NCBI GenBank assembly: GCA_963767735.1
Contig: CAVYES010000007.1
Coordinates: 160,001-224,000 of the forward strand
From: Candidatus Bathyarchaeota archaeon
Lineage (GTDB): Archaea > Thermoproteota > Bathyarchaeia > Bathyarchaeales > Bathycorpusculaceae
Direction of reading: 5' to 3'
DNA length: 64,000 nt
Shown here: piece after piece, positions 32,669-41,885 of the stretch
How positions within the stretch are numbered: position 1 is the stretch's first letter
Layout: each line of letters starts with the position of its first letter
Notes under the pieces: model-generated
Seen by the model: only the letters and a program-made list of their open reading frames with translations
What the model was told of the DNA's origin: nothing
Database searches by the model: none
Translations under genes and position numbers: made by a program

Positions 32669-32833
32669 TTACCATCCTGAGGTGGCGTCTTCACCAGTTT
32701 GCTCCAACGCCTTCTTTTCTTCGTCGCTGACATCTGGAGGTAAATTAACTTGATGATGACTTTCTTCTATTATTTCTCTTTTCTTCTTTCGCTCCCGAAT
32801 AGTAAATTGACCCCTTTTTTGTTTTTCAGCCAA
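32669..32833 (-). CDS. Unannotated 54-aa hydrophilic peptide (MAEKQKRGQF...GEDATSGW)
   Basis: TTG start with SD GGAGGTGA; 55 open codons; below the ORF-track cutoff. Confidence 0.7.
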   Translation of the reverse strand: MAEKQKRGQFTIRERKKKREIIEESHHQVNLPPDVSDEEKKALEQTGEDATSGW

Positions 32834-32984
32834 AACTTTCACCTCCAAAAATCAGAAAATATTATCCTTTAAAGAATAACGGAAATTTAATGTATTAACA
32901 TGCGTGGTTGTGTAATAACAGCAACAATTAAAATTATAGAATAAAGGTTTAGGGAGATTAAAAAAATTGGAGTTTTTCGATTGC

Positions 32985-33437
32985 TTATGGTTGGTCAATG
33001 GACAATTCTTTTACTCTTGTTTCAATGAATTCGGCAACCTTTTGTTCGCTAAACTCTTTTTCGTTTTTTTGTAGCTGCAACTGCTCTTTTACAATGTTTA
33101 GGAGGTTTTCGATATCTATGGGTTTGATCAGGTATGCGTCTGCATTCTTGTTTAAGGCTGATATAGCATTTTGCATCGAAGGGTAACCTGTCACCATTAT
33201 TTTGCGTGTCCTTGGAACCGTATCCTTAATGAGTTTTAGCAGTTCAACTCCTTCCATGTCAGGCAATCGAATATCTAACAGCGCAATGTTATAAGCTGAT
33301 TTCTGAGTTTTTTGAACAGCTTCTCTTCCGGTGGCTGCTGAATCGACAATGTATCCTTCGTCCTCAAGTATGGTCTTCATGGTGTTCCTTATGTTTTCGT
33401 CGTCATCGACAACGAGGATTTTGGCATGTTTATCCAA
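32985..33437 (-). CDS. Response regulator (receiver domain + short tail)
   Basis: LVVDDD, LLDIRLPDMEG, MVTG and YLIKP motifs. Confidence 0.95.
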   Translation of the reverse strand: MDKHAKILVVDDDENIRNTMKTILEDEGYIVDSAATGREAVQKTQKSAYNIALLDIRLPDMEGVELLKLIKDTVPRTRKIMVTGYPSMQNAISALNKNADAYLIKPIDIENLLNIVKEQLQLQKNEKEFSEQKVAEFIETRVKELSIDQP

Positions 33438-36142
33438 ATTTTTTCACCTCCAATTTCAGGTTTTGGTTCAATTGGCAAAGTAACTATGAAAGTTGTTCCT
33501 TTGCCCTTAGCTGTTTTAACCGTTATTTTCCCCCCATGAGCCTCGACTATGCGTTTGCATATCGCTAAGCCGAAGCCCATACCTTGCGCTTTCGTAGTGG
33601 ACAGAGGGGAGAAAAGTTTGGGCATAATTTCATCACTAATGCCTGTGCCAGTGTCTGTGAAAGAGATTTCCAAGCCATCATTAACTTGTATACTGTCGAT
33701 AGTTAATTTGCCTCCGTTCGGCATTGCATCAAGGGCGTTCTTGATAAGATTTATGAAAACACGTTTTATTTTATCAAAATCTAGCATAAGATTTCGCGTA
33801 TCTTTAAGGCAATTTACAATTTTCACTTTTTCGGGAATCTGAGACATAGATAAAGAGTCATTGAGCAACACGCTTGGGGAACACTCCTTCAACTCTAAAT
33901 GGATTTCTCTTGAGTAATCCAAAAGGTCACTGACAATTTTGTTTGAATAATCCACGCATCTATCGATTGTATCAAGCATTTCTTTAGCCTGGACCTCTGA
34001 GATTTCTGCGCCTTTCTTTTTCAAATAATAAGCTGAGTTTTTGATTCCCGTTAATGGATTGCGTAGATCATGCCCAACCATGCCTGCCAATTCGCCTATA
34101 GCGGCCAGACGCTCGGTCTTAACGAGCTTTGCTTGCGCCTGTTTCAGCAGTTCAGTCCTTTTTTCAATGAGGTCTTCGAGTTTTTCGGAGTACTTAGAGA
34201 GTTCGCTTTGCATACATTTAATTTTTGTAATATCAACTGCAAGTTCCAAGACGGCAACTACATTGCCTTCCTGGTTTTTCATTGGGGTAGAGGTGATCTC
34301 AAGGTTCAGCGTTTCTCCATGACTTTCAACTGTGGTTTCACGTTTGTCAATGCTGGCGCCATCAAAAATTTTCTTGACTCCGCAGGCTGGGCAAATTGAG
34401 TGATTGCCATGAATTGTTTCGTAACAAGTTTTTCTTTCTATATCGCCAAACATTTGTTTCGAGTGTGGGTTAATCCAAGTTATCTTGTAGTCTTTGTCAA
34501 CTATCATAAGCCCTGCACTAATGTTTTGTGTCACTGCTTCAAACTTGTTTTTTTCCTCTTCGAGTTTTTCCTGCAACTGCTTCTTTTCCGTTATGTCAAC
34601 AGTGAGCTCTAAAGCGGCTGTGACCTTTCCCTCTGCGTCCTTAATCGGCGTAGCAATAAGCTCATACCAGCAAGGCAGACCCTTTTCATGCAGGGTTTTA
34701 TTGAAATATTCTCGGGAATCAAAAGATGCCCCAGCAAAAACCTTTTCAGGCCCACAACCGGGGCATATGGTCTCAAGCGTATTAAATGTTGAATAACATA
34801 TTTTGTTTGTAAGGTCGCCCCCGTTGTTTTTCAAAAAGCTGTTTGTCCAAAGTATGCGGTAATCCTTATCAAGTATTACCAGCCCAGCTCCGATGCTTTT
34901 GGTGATGTCTTCAAGCATGTCACGTTCCTGTTTGATGGAGGCTTCCATCTTCTTTTGTTCTGAAATATCCTTAACTATGGCTGCTATGCAATTTTTATCT
35001 TTCAATTTTACTGATGCTACTGAGAGGTCAATCGGAAACACTGTTCCATCCTTCCTCAGCGATGTTAAATCAAAGTGTCTCTTTGAAAATGCATTGTGCT
35101 TTAAGTCGTTCAGCAACGCTTCATAATTCTCACGTCCCCATGACGGAATGATTAGTTCAGACATTTTTCCGCCTACTGCCTCAGCTTCTGCGAAGCCGAA
35201 GATTTTCTCTGCAGCAGGATTCCAATATATGACTTTGTCGTCTTCATCAACTAAAATGATGGCATCCATGGCAGAGGAGCTGATGGCGCGGAATTTTTCT
35301 TCGCTTGCTCGTAGCCCATCTTCGAGTTGTTTGCGTTCGGTAATGTCTTTTACTACTCCGACCGCATTCCATTTACCGCGTAACTTTATCGGCGAAATCG
35401 ATAATTCGGCAGGGAATTCTGTGGCGTCCTTGCGTCGCCCCATTAATTCAACGTTTCCAAATGTGAAATAGCCTGATCCTGTTTCAGTAAACAACTTTAC
35501 GCTTGAGCTGATTCGTTCTCTTCCCTCTTTGCACAGCGTATTTGGAACAACTAGTTTGTGTATATCTTTGCCAATTGCCTCTTTACTTTTGTAGCCGAAT
35601 GTTTTTTCAGCAGCCGGATTCCAACATGTAACCCTGGCTTTTTCATTCACCAAGATCATTGCATCCTTTGATTGTTGGAAAAGCTTCTTGTATTTCATCT
35701 CAGATTCCTGACATTGTTCATCCATTTTTGCAATTTTTACCAGTAGTTGTCCCTGAATCTGCCTTTTTTCCGTTACATCTCGTAGAGTGATTAGGTCAGC
35801 TGGTTCCCCAAAGTAATCAATCGTATTACCTTTTGGCTCAAAAAATCGAGTTTCTCCGTTTACAAGAAATGGGATTTCGTAATTCTCGATTGTTTCGCCT
35901 TTAATTCTTTTCTGGAGTTGATTTATAACAAATATCTTCGTTTTTTCATCAATAATTTTCAGGTCTTCAATATGATTACCTATTAATTCCTCACTTTTTA
36001 TTCCAAGATGAATACATGCGGTTTCGTTGGCAGCCAGCACAATACCTTCTCGATTAAATACCAAAATTGAGTCTGAAACGAAGTTTAGAAGCTCTTGAAA
36101 GTTATCTTTATACGCGTTGCTTTTGCTTTTCTTCTGCATCAA
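33389..36142 (-). CDS. Cytoplasmic multi-PAS sensor histidine kinase
   Basis: About five PAS/PAC repeats (two with C..CG), HDLRNPL H-box, NALDA, DTGTG and GMGFGL. Confidence 0.93.
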   Translation of the reverse strand: MMQKKSKSNAYKDNFQELLNFVSDSILVFNREGIVLAANETACIHLGIKSEELIGNHIEDLKIIDEKTKIFVINQLQKRIKGETIENYEIPFLVNGETRFFEPKGNTIDYFGEPADLITLRDVTEKRQIQGQLLVKIAKMDEQCQESEMKYKKLFQQSKDAMILVNEKARVTCWNPAAEKTFGYKSKEAIGKDIHKLVVPNTLCKEGRERISSSVKLFTETGSGYFTFGNVELMGRRKDATEFPAELSISPIKLRGKWNAVGVVKDITERKQLEDGLRASEEKFRAISSSAMDAIILVDEDDKVIYWNPAAEKIFGFAEAEAVGGKMSELIIPSWGRENYEALLNDLKHNAFSKRHFDLTSLRKDGTVFPIDLSVASVKLKDKNCIAAIVKDISEQKKMEASIKQERDMLEDITKSIGAGLVILDKDYRILWTNSFLKNNGGDLTNKICYSTFNTLETICPGCGPEKVFAGASFDSREYFNKTLHEKGLPCWYELIATPIKDAEGKVTAALELTVDITEKKQLQEKLEEEKNKFEAVTQNISAGLMIVDKDYKITWINPHSKQMFGDIERKTCYETIHGNHSICPACGVKKIFDGASIDKRETTVESHGETLNLEITSTPMKNQEGNVVAVLELAVDITKIKCMQSELSKYSEKLEDLIEKRTELLKQAQAKLVKTERLAAIGELAGMVGHDLRNPLTGIKNSAYYLKKKGAEISEVQAKEMLDTIDRCVDYSNKIVSDLLDYSREIHLELKECSPSVLLNDSLSMSQIPEKVKIVNCLKDTRNLMLDFDKIKRVFINLIKNALDAMPNGGKLTIDSIQVNDGLEISFTDTGTGISDEIMPKLFSPLSTTKAQGMGFGLAICKRIVEAHGGKITVKTAKGKGTTFIVTLPIEPKPEIGGEKIWINMPKSSLSMTTKT

Positions 36143-36581
36143 CCCAAACCTCTAATTTTACCATTTTCCCATCATCTTCATAATGTAGTCTCATGAGCTC
36201 GACATATTGATTAAACGTTAAATCGGGAACAAGCCAGCTTGGACCGCGCCACTCGTAAAAGCAATCGATTTTTTCGTGAAGCTTCTTCATCATAAGTATC
36301 TCCAAATGTTTTGCGGCTACGCCGAAAATGCGTTCAAGTGCACCCGAAAAATCATCGATCCTGTAAGGAATATCTTGCTTTGGAATGATGAATTCTTGTT
36401 CCAAATGAAAGTAAATTAACGTTTTTACGTTTTCTCCTAAAGTCGAAAACGCGCCATCTATAGCCTCCAGTAGAACAGCTTCAAATTTTTTATGCCCAGG
36501 AGCTTTATTACTCAATTGTTTATCCCAACGGTGCCCTTTTTCATTACAGACAGTTATGAACCTATTTTTTTCTCGGTTCAC
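36108..36581 (-). CDS. NitrOD5/DUF3227-like signalling-associated domain protein
   Basis: LLEAID.AFS.LGE.VK.LIYFHLE...IP..I..F..ALE.IFG..A..LE; overlaps the kinase start. Confidence 0.6.
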   Translation of the reverse strand: MNREKNRFITVCNEKGHRWDKQLSNKAPGHKKFEAVLLEAIDGAFSTLGENVKTLIYFHLEQEFIIPKQDIPYRIDDFSGALERIFGVAAKHLEILMMKKLHEKIDCFYEWRGPSWLVPDLTFNQYVELMRLHYEDDGKMVKLEVWVDAEEKQKQRV

Positions 36582-36861
36582 TAATCCTAAAACGAAGGAA
36601 GGGAAGTAAAGGGTTATGAATTTCTAATTATTACCACTAATCAGCTCTGAGCCCTTGACTTGAATACTTTAACTGTTGGATTCGGCCCACTACATTAAAG
36701 ATAAGAACTTGTTCAAACCTCAGATAACCAGCATTATTAATGAAGCAGTATTGAGTTGGTCTCCTTGATTCGCTTTTGGCCTGCGTTTTCCGTGAATGTT
36801 AAGGTTTTTATTATGGCTTGGCTTGTTTCATTTAGCTCCTCTAAAAAGCATATATCCACGT

Positions 36862-36937
36862 GGGGCCGTCGTCTAGCTTGGATTAGGATACATGCCTGGG
36901 GCGCATGCGATCCTGGGTTCAAATCCCAGCGGCCTCA
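36862..36937 (+). tRNA. tRNA-Pro(GGG)
   Basis: Acceptor GGGGCCG/CGGCCTC; anticodon arm CATGC-CT-GGG-GC-GCATG; T-arm CTGGG-TTCAAAT-CCCAG. Confidence 0.95.
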
Positions 36938-37557
36938 TTCAAGATTCTAAACCTAGCAACACAACCGCAGCAAATTTTAGGTTCATATCTTGCCGCAGAT
37001 AGATGCCTTGCTGCAAAGACTGCTGTTTTCGGTTGTCGTTCGATGGATGGATAACGACCGTCTTAAAGCGACTTTCGAGTTGGTTCTCAGAAAGGCGGCT
37101 TCTACGAAATATAACTTGCGCTTAGTGGAAATTGAACTTGAGGGTTCAATTTTATCGTTTTTTTCCTGCGGAAGAAGGCTGGATTGGGCTTGAAACTGGA
37201 AATCGGGTTAAAAACCGCTTGATCTCCTTAGAAGTTGTGAACCTTTTACATGGAAAACAGAGGCTAGTTTGAACTTTTCGCATGTTGAGAGAGCACGATT
37301 TTGACGTGATTTTGTAGGGTTTGAGTGGCTCCTGAAGTGGTGGTCGTTGTGGGAAGAAACCATACGTCGACGATTCATTTATGAGGTAAGGGCGGTTCGT
37401 TGCCGAACGGTTTCCGCCAGTTCTCTTGGTTTTCAGGCCGCTTTGGCATATTGTGAACAGGGACAGGTACGTTTTGGTTTCAGGGTACGGTTTGCACGCT
37501 CTACCGTGCTCGCGGCACCATAGCATCAGACTTATCGTAAGTTTTTTTATACGAAAC

Positions 37558-37793
37558 TTAGGCAGCGAGCTTCTCTAAGTTGAGGCAATCTACAAAAGCG
37601 TCAATGAACCGTACCGGGTTTTGCTTGTCGACGTAATCATCAAGTATGTTTGGGAAGAGAACTGACTGATTTCTGTAATGGCCTGTTATGTGTTCGCTCA
37701 TGGCTTTTCAGCTCTTTCTGTTGCTCTAAAGCTAGTCTAGATTTAAGGTTAACGGAAAATAGCAAGCAAAGAAAGAGACTTTTCACTCAGTCT
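37558..37793 (-). mobile_element. IS1182-family remnant: 47-aa transposase N-terminus (37558-37701) and one terminal IR-like end
   Basis: RNQSVLFPNILDDYVDKQNPVRFIDAFVDCLNL; end sequence AGACTGAGTGAAAAGTCTC. Confidence 0.7.
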
Positions 37794-37825
37794 GATCTGG
37801 GTCTTAGACCCAGCGGGCCTCACCA
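37794..37825 (+). repeat. Degenerate copy of the tRNA-Pro 3' end (att-like)
   Basis: GAT-CTGGG-TCTTAGA-CCCAG-CGGGCCTCA-CCA versus tRNA GATC-CTGGG-TTCAAAT-CCCAG-CGGCCTCA. Confidence 0.65.
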
Positions 37826-38098
37826 CAAATTCACCAAATGACCTAAGAACCAGTTATCTGAAAGTACGTGCCTTGTATGGCAGCTTAATTTTTTGGATTA
37901 ATCTTCTAAAAAGCTAAAAATAAGGTCTTTGCAAGATTCTAGTTAATCAACCAATGCAGAATGATTTGTTTTTTTAAAATAAAAAAAGAGAATAAGTTTT
38001 ATGGGAGTCGTAAAATTAGGGAAGCATTTTGAGTATTTTGGGTTATTCGTTAGGATGATTGAAGCGAATGATGTTGAAGGATGGAGTCTGAGTTTGTG

Positions 38099-38197
38099 TT
38101 AAAGTTTTGTTTTGAGTTCCAACTTTATGCTGTACCCTATGAAGGCAAATGAACCGATTATTGTAGCTATTGAGGCTATATCAATTATTCCAAACAT
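38099..38197 (-). CDS. Unannotated 32-aa single-TM micropeptide (MFGIIDIASIATIIGSFAFIGYSIKLELKTKL)
   Basis: SD GGTGA; TATA-like ATTTATAT upstream; similar to 44459-44566. Confidence 0.75.
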   Translation of the reverse strand: MFGIIDIASIATIIGSFAFIGYSIKLELKTKL

Positions 38198-38383
38198 ATT
38201 TTCACCATTTTATTGTATACTTATGTACTTGCACAGCTAAATATAAATACAGTTGTGATTTGTTCATAATTATTCATAAACACTTGACAGCTGTCTAAAA
38301 TCCAACAGAAAATTTATATGCAATAACACCTTAATACTGTTAAGCTTAAACCTAAACAAGTAAAAAGAAAAAGAGGAAAAAAA

Positions 38384-38632
38384 TTGAAAGCCTATATACT
38401 CTTAAGCACTAAACCCGGCACGTCATTGGACGTCGTTAAAAAAATAAAAGAAAAAGTCACAGGGACCTGCATAGTATCTGCGGACGCAATCTTCGGCCGA
38501 TACGACGCAATAATAGTTCTAGAAGCCCCAGCACTTGAAGACATAAACCAAGTAGTTTACAAAATAATCGAAAAAGACCCCAGCGTGATCCGCACTGAAA
38601 CATCCATAGTTTTATCACCAATGCAACAATGA
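38384..38632 (+). CDS. Stand-alone Lrp/AsnC ligand-binding (RAM) domain protein
   Basis: KAYILL...PG...FGRYDAI...RTETSIV; no HTH. Confidence 0.85.
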   Translation: MKAYILLSTKPGTSLDVVKKIKEKVTGTCIVSADAIFGRYDAIIVLEAPALEDINQVVYKIIEKDPSVIRTETSIVLSPMQQ

Positions 38633-38736
38633 ACTCTTAGACAGAAACCAAAATTTCCCAAATCATTTTTTTTTTTTTAAAAATAAGATTTCAGGAAGAA
38701 AATAATACGGCTTATCCGAAATAAACTAATTCTATC

Positions 38737-39063
38737 TTAAATGGATGGAGATGTGGAGGGGGCGGTTTCTTCGGTGCATTTTGGTCCTTTGTGAGCTTTA
38801 AGTACAATGGAGCTTACGGTGCTTTTTACGCCTTTTATTTTCATGATCTTGTTCTTGAGGATATCTCGAAATTCTTCTATGTCGGCAGCTGAAACCAAAG
38901 TTACGATGTCAAATTCGCCTGTAACTTCGTATAATTCTTCAAGGTGTTCCAGTTGGGCAAGTGAGGTTAATACGGTATCCATTTCTGGAGATTCCACAAA
39001 TATATCGACGAATGCAAGGAGTCTTGGCATATGGGTCTTGCCATATTGAACATGAGTTTCCAA
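38737..39063 (-). CDS. Stand-alone RAM domain protein
   Basis: YEVTGEFDIV...IKGVKSTVSSIVL; no HTH. Confidence 0.85.
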   Translation of the reverse strand: METHVQYGKTHMPRLLAFVDIFVESPEMDTVLTSLAQLEHLEELYEVTGEFDIVTLVSAADIEEFRDILKNKIMKIKGVKSTVSSIVLKAHKGPKCTEETAPSTSPSI

Positions 39064-39213
39064 TATTTATACTTTTTCTCGCATGCAGACAATTATTCCA
39101 TCCTTTACCTGACAAATGTGCGGCATCAAAGTTAAAAATTGGACATTTGAAAAAAAGAGCCATCGCTTGTGTTTTGGCATTCAGCAATCACGAGTTTACC
39201 AAGGGCTAAAACA

Positions 39214-39690
39214 TTAACTTGTGAAATTACCATAAACAGACGGATAATCTTTTATTAGCAACAGATTAAGCTGCAAAGGGTCCACATATGGACTGCCAAA
39301 AATCCAAAGCGTTCCCTGCTGATTCTGGTTCACCAGATTTGTTAACGAATCAACAGGAATTCCGGTTGCATTACTTATTCCAGGTATCTGCGCGTAAGCT
39401 TGCTGAAGTGTGATATCGGGGTCGACACCTGACGCTGATGGCGATACTGTCTCGTTCCTTGTCTGGAAGAACATAGGCGAAGTGAAGTTTTGAGCGATAA
39501 GAGCCGACCCTACGTTTTGCCCGTTGAGCTGGACTAATTCGCCGTTCGCTTGGTAGGGAAAGAAAACTTGGCCTATACCTGTGATTACTAATGGAAAAAG
39601 TATTCCGCAAATCAACAGCGAAACCAATGTCAACCCTATAATCGGTCTCAGGTTCTTCAGGACCCATTTTCGTTTTTGTTCAGTTGTCAT
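39214..39690 (-). CDS. kdpC: K+-transporting ATPase subunit C
   Basis: FP.QANG...VGSALIAQNF...SASGVDPDI...LNL. Confidence 0.9.
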   Translation of the reverse strand: MTTEQKRKWVLKNLRPIIGLTLVSLLICGILFPLVITGIGQVFFPYQANGELVQLNGQNVGSALIAQNFTSPMFFQTRNETVSPSASGVDPDITLQQAYAQIPGISNATGIPVDSLTNLVNQNQQGTLWIFGSPYVDPLQLNLLLIKDYPSVYGNFTS

Positions 39691-39704
39691 ATTTTCTTTG
39701 CTTC

Positions 39705-41885
39705 CTAAATGTGAAGTACTCCACCAAGGAGCAGATCTATCAATTTAATTCCAACGAAGGGCACAATAACCCCGCCCACACCATAGATTAAGGTGTTCTT
39801 GAGGAAAAGAGCCATTGTGCTCGTGGGCTTGAAAGCGATTCCTCGCATGGCAAGCGGAATCAAAAGCGGAATGACGATAGCGTTGAATATGAGAGCCGAC
39901 ATGACAGCGCTTTGCAAGTTGTATAAATGTAAGATGTTTAGAGCGCTTAGCGATGGAATGGCTGTTGCCATGATAAAAGGCATGATTGCGAAGTACTTGG
40001 ACACATCGTTAGCTATGCTAAAAGCAGTAACCGCGCCTCGAGTCATAAGCAACTGTTTCCCAAGCATGACGACATCAATTATTTTTGCTGGATTCGATTC
40101 TAAGTCAACCATGTTCGCTGCCTCCTTAGCAGCTTCTGTGCCAGAGTTCATGGCGAGACCCACATCGGCAGCTGCAAGTGCTGGGGCATCATTACTTCCA
40201 TCGCCAATCATTGCCACAATTCTGCCTTCAGATTGCTCCCTCTTGGCGATGTTGTACTTGTCCTCGGGCTTTGCCTGCGCCACATATTCGTCCATTCCAA
40301 CCTCTGACGCAATACTTTTGGCAGTAAGCGGCTGGTCTCCAGTTATCATGACTGGGCGGATTCCCATGACTTTAAGAGCTGCAATTTTTTCTTTTATGCC
40401 TTCTTTCAGGACGTCTTTCAATCTGATTATTCCGATGATTTTGCGGTTTCTTGCGACGGCTATAGGTGTTTCGCCCTCCACAGATATTCCATCTACGATA
40501 AGGTCGTAGTTTGGAGGAACGGAATCTACAATTTTTTTGATCGATTCTGGAGCGCCTTTGTAGATTTCAATTTCAGCGTCAATTCTTGCTGCAACGCCCT
40601 CTTCAGGCACTATCGAGGATTTTCTTCTGATTCTCAGTCGGTCTCGTCCTGATTTGTCACCTTTCGGCAGCGTTAAGCCCATGTGAGTTATTTTCACTCC
40701 ACTAGTGCGGGTGCTGGCTGAGAACGGGTAAGTTTCTGAAAGCGCGAGAGAATTCAGTTCTTTCGGTAAGAAACCTTTCTCATATGCGAGCTTAAGTATG
40801 CTACGACCCTCTGGGGTATCATCATGCCAAGAAGAAAGGAAGGCTGCTTCACCTACTTCTTCTTCCGTAAACCCTTCCATTTCCACGAACTTTATTGCTT
40901 GCCTGTTTCCTACTGTAATGGTGCCTGTCTTGTCGAGCAGAACGACATCCGCATCGCCAGCTGTTTCTATCGCCTTGCCGGACTTTGCGATTATTTTGCT
41001 TTTGTACAGTCTGGACATTCCAGAAAGCCCGATTGCGGGAAGAAGAGCACCTATGGTTGTTGGGAGGAGGCAAACGTAAAGTGCTATTAGCACGGAGAGG
41101 TCAGCGCCTAAACCCAAAGCGACCGATATGCCTAGCAAAGTAAGTATTATAATGGTGAAGATAGCGGTTAATCCAATCAGCACGATGGTTACCGCAACTT
41201 CGTTAGGCGTCTTTGGTCTCTTAGAAGATTCAACCATCTTTATCATTTGATCAATGAAGGTCTCGCCAGGATTCGTCGTAACCTTCGCGGTCAAAGAATC
41301 GCTGACGAGTCGTGAGCCTCCAATAAGCGAGTCTCCAGGCGCCTTCCGAACCGAAGCGGATTCACCCGTAACAAGCGACTCGTCAACCATGGCGATTCCT
41401 TCCAGTATATCAGCGTCTAAAGGAACGACGTCGCCTTTTTCAATCAGGATAAGATCATCTTTTCTTAGTTCAGTCGATTTTACATCGACTATCTTCCTCG
41501 TCCATTCTTCCGTTACGATTTTTTTAGCCGGCACCTCAGTTTCTAATTTTCGTAAAGCACCGGCTGTGCTTTTTGCCTGTTGCTCAGCAAGAGCATCAGA
41601 GAGGGTGCTGAACCAAACGGTAATGAGGAGAATTGCGGCGACTGCAATATAGAAGCCTCGCAGGCCGACGCTGGCTACTGACCCGAAAGCCTGTGGAGCG
41701 ATGGCCATTGCTGCAACAATAAAGAACGTGATTTCAACTATTAGCATCACTACGTTTTTGAGCAGTGATTTAGGGCTTAAACGGATTAACGAATCAATCA
41801 GCACTTTTTTAGAGAGCTTCATTCCTTCATAGGAAGGTTCGCTCCTCTTTGCCGGTGCTAAAGTTTTCGTTTCATCAGAAGCCAT
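39705..41885 (-). CDS. kdpB: K+-transporting P-type ATPase subunit B
   Basis: TGES, CLLPTTIG, DKTGT, KGA, TGD, GDGSNDAPA and NDVSKYF motifs. Confidence 0.96.
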   Translation of the reverse strand: MASDETKTLAPAKRSEPSYEGMKLSKKVLIDSLIRLSPKSLLKNVVMLIVEITFFIVAAMAIAPQAFGSVASVGLRGFYIAVAAILLITVWFSTLSDALAEQQAKSTAGALRKLETEVPAKKIVTEEWTRKIVDVKSTELRKDDLILIEKGDVVPLDADILEGIAMVDESLVTGESASVRKAPGDSLIGGSRLVSDSLTAKVTTNPGETFIDQMIKMVESSKRPKTPNEVAVTIVLIGLTAIFTIIILTLLGISVALGLGADLSVLIALYVCLLPTTIGALLPAIGLSGMSRLYKSKIIAKSGKAIETAGDADVVLLDKTGTITVGNRQAIKFVEMEGFTEEEVGEAAFLSSWHDDTPEGRSILKLAYEKGFLPKELNSLALSETYPFSASTRTSGVKITHMGLTLPKGDKSGRDRLRIRRKSSIVPEEGVAARIDAEIEIYKGAPESIKKIVDSVPPNYDLIVDGISVEGETPIAVARNRKIIGIIRLKDVLKEGIKEKIAALKVMGIRPVMITGDQPLTAKSIASEVGMDEYVAQAKPEDKYNIAKREQSEGRIVAMIGDGSNDAPALAAADVGLAMNSGTEAAKEAANMVDLESNPAKIIDVVMLGKQLLMTRGAVTAFSIANDVSKYFAIMPFIMATAIPSLSALNILHLYNLQSAVMSALIFNAIVIPLLIPLAMRGIAFKPTSTMALFLKNTLIYGVGGVIVPFVGIKLIDLLLGGVLHI

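Noticed and set aside
36737-36950. ORFs overlapping tRNA-Pro
   Set aside because: Spurious translations of the tRNA and its promoter
37152-37526. 124-aa ORF as the rest of the IS1182 transposase
   Set aside because: No DDE or other recognisable transposase motif in it
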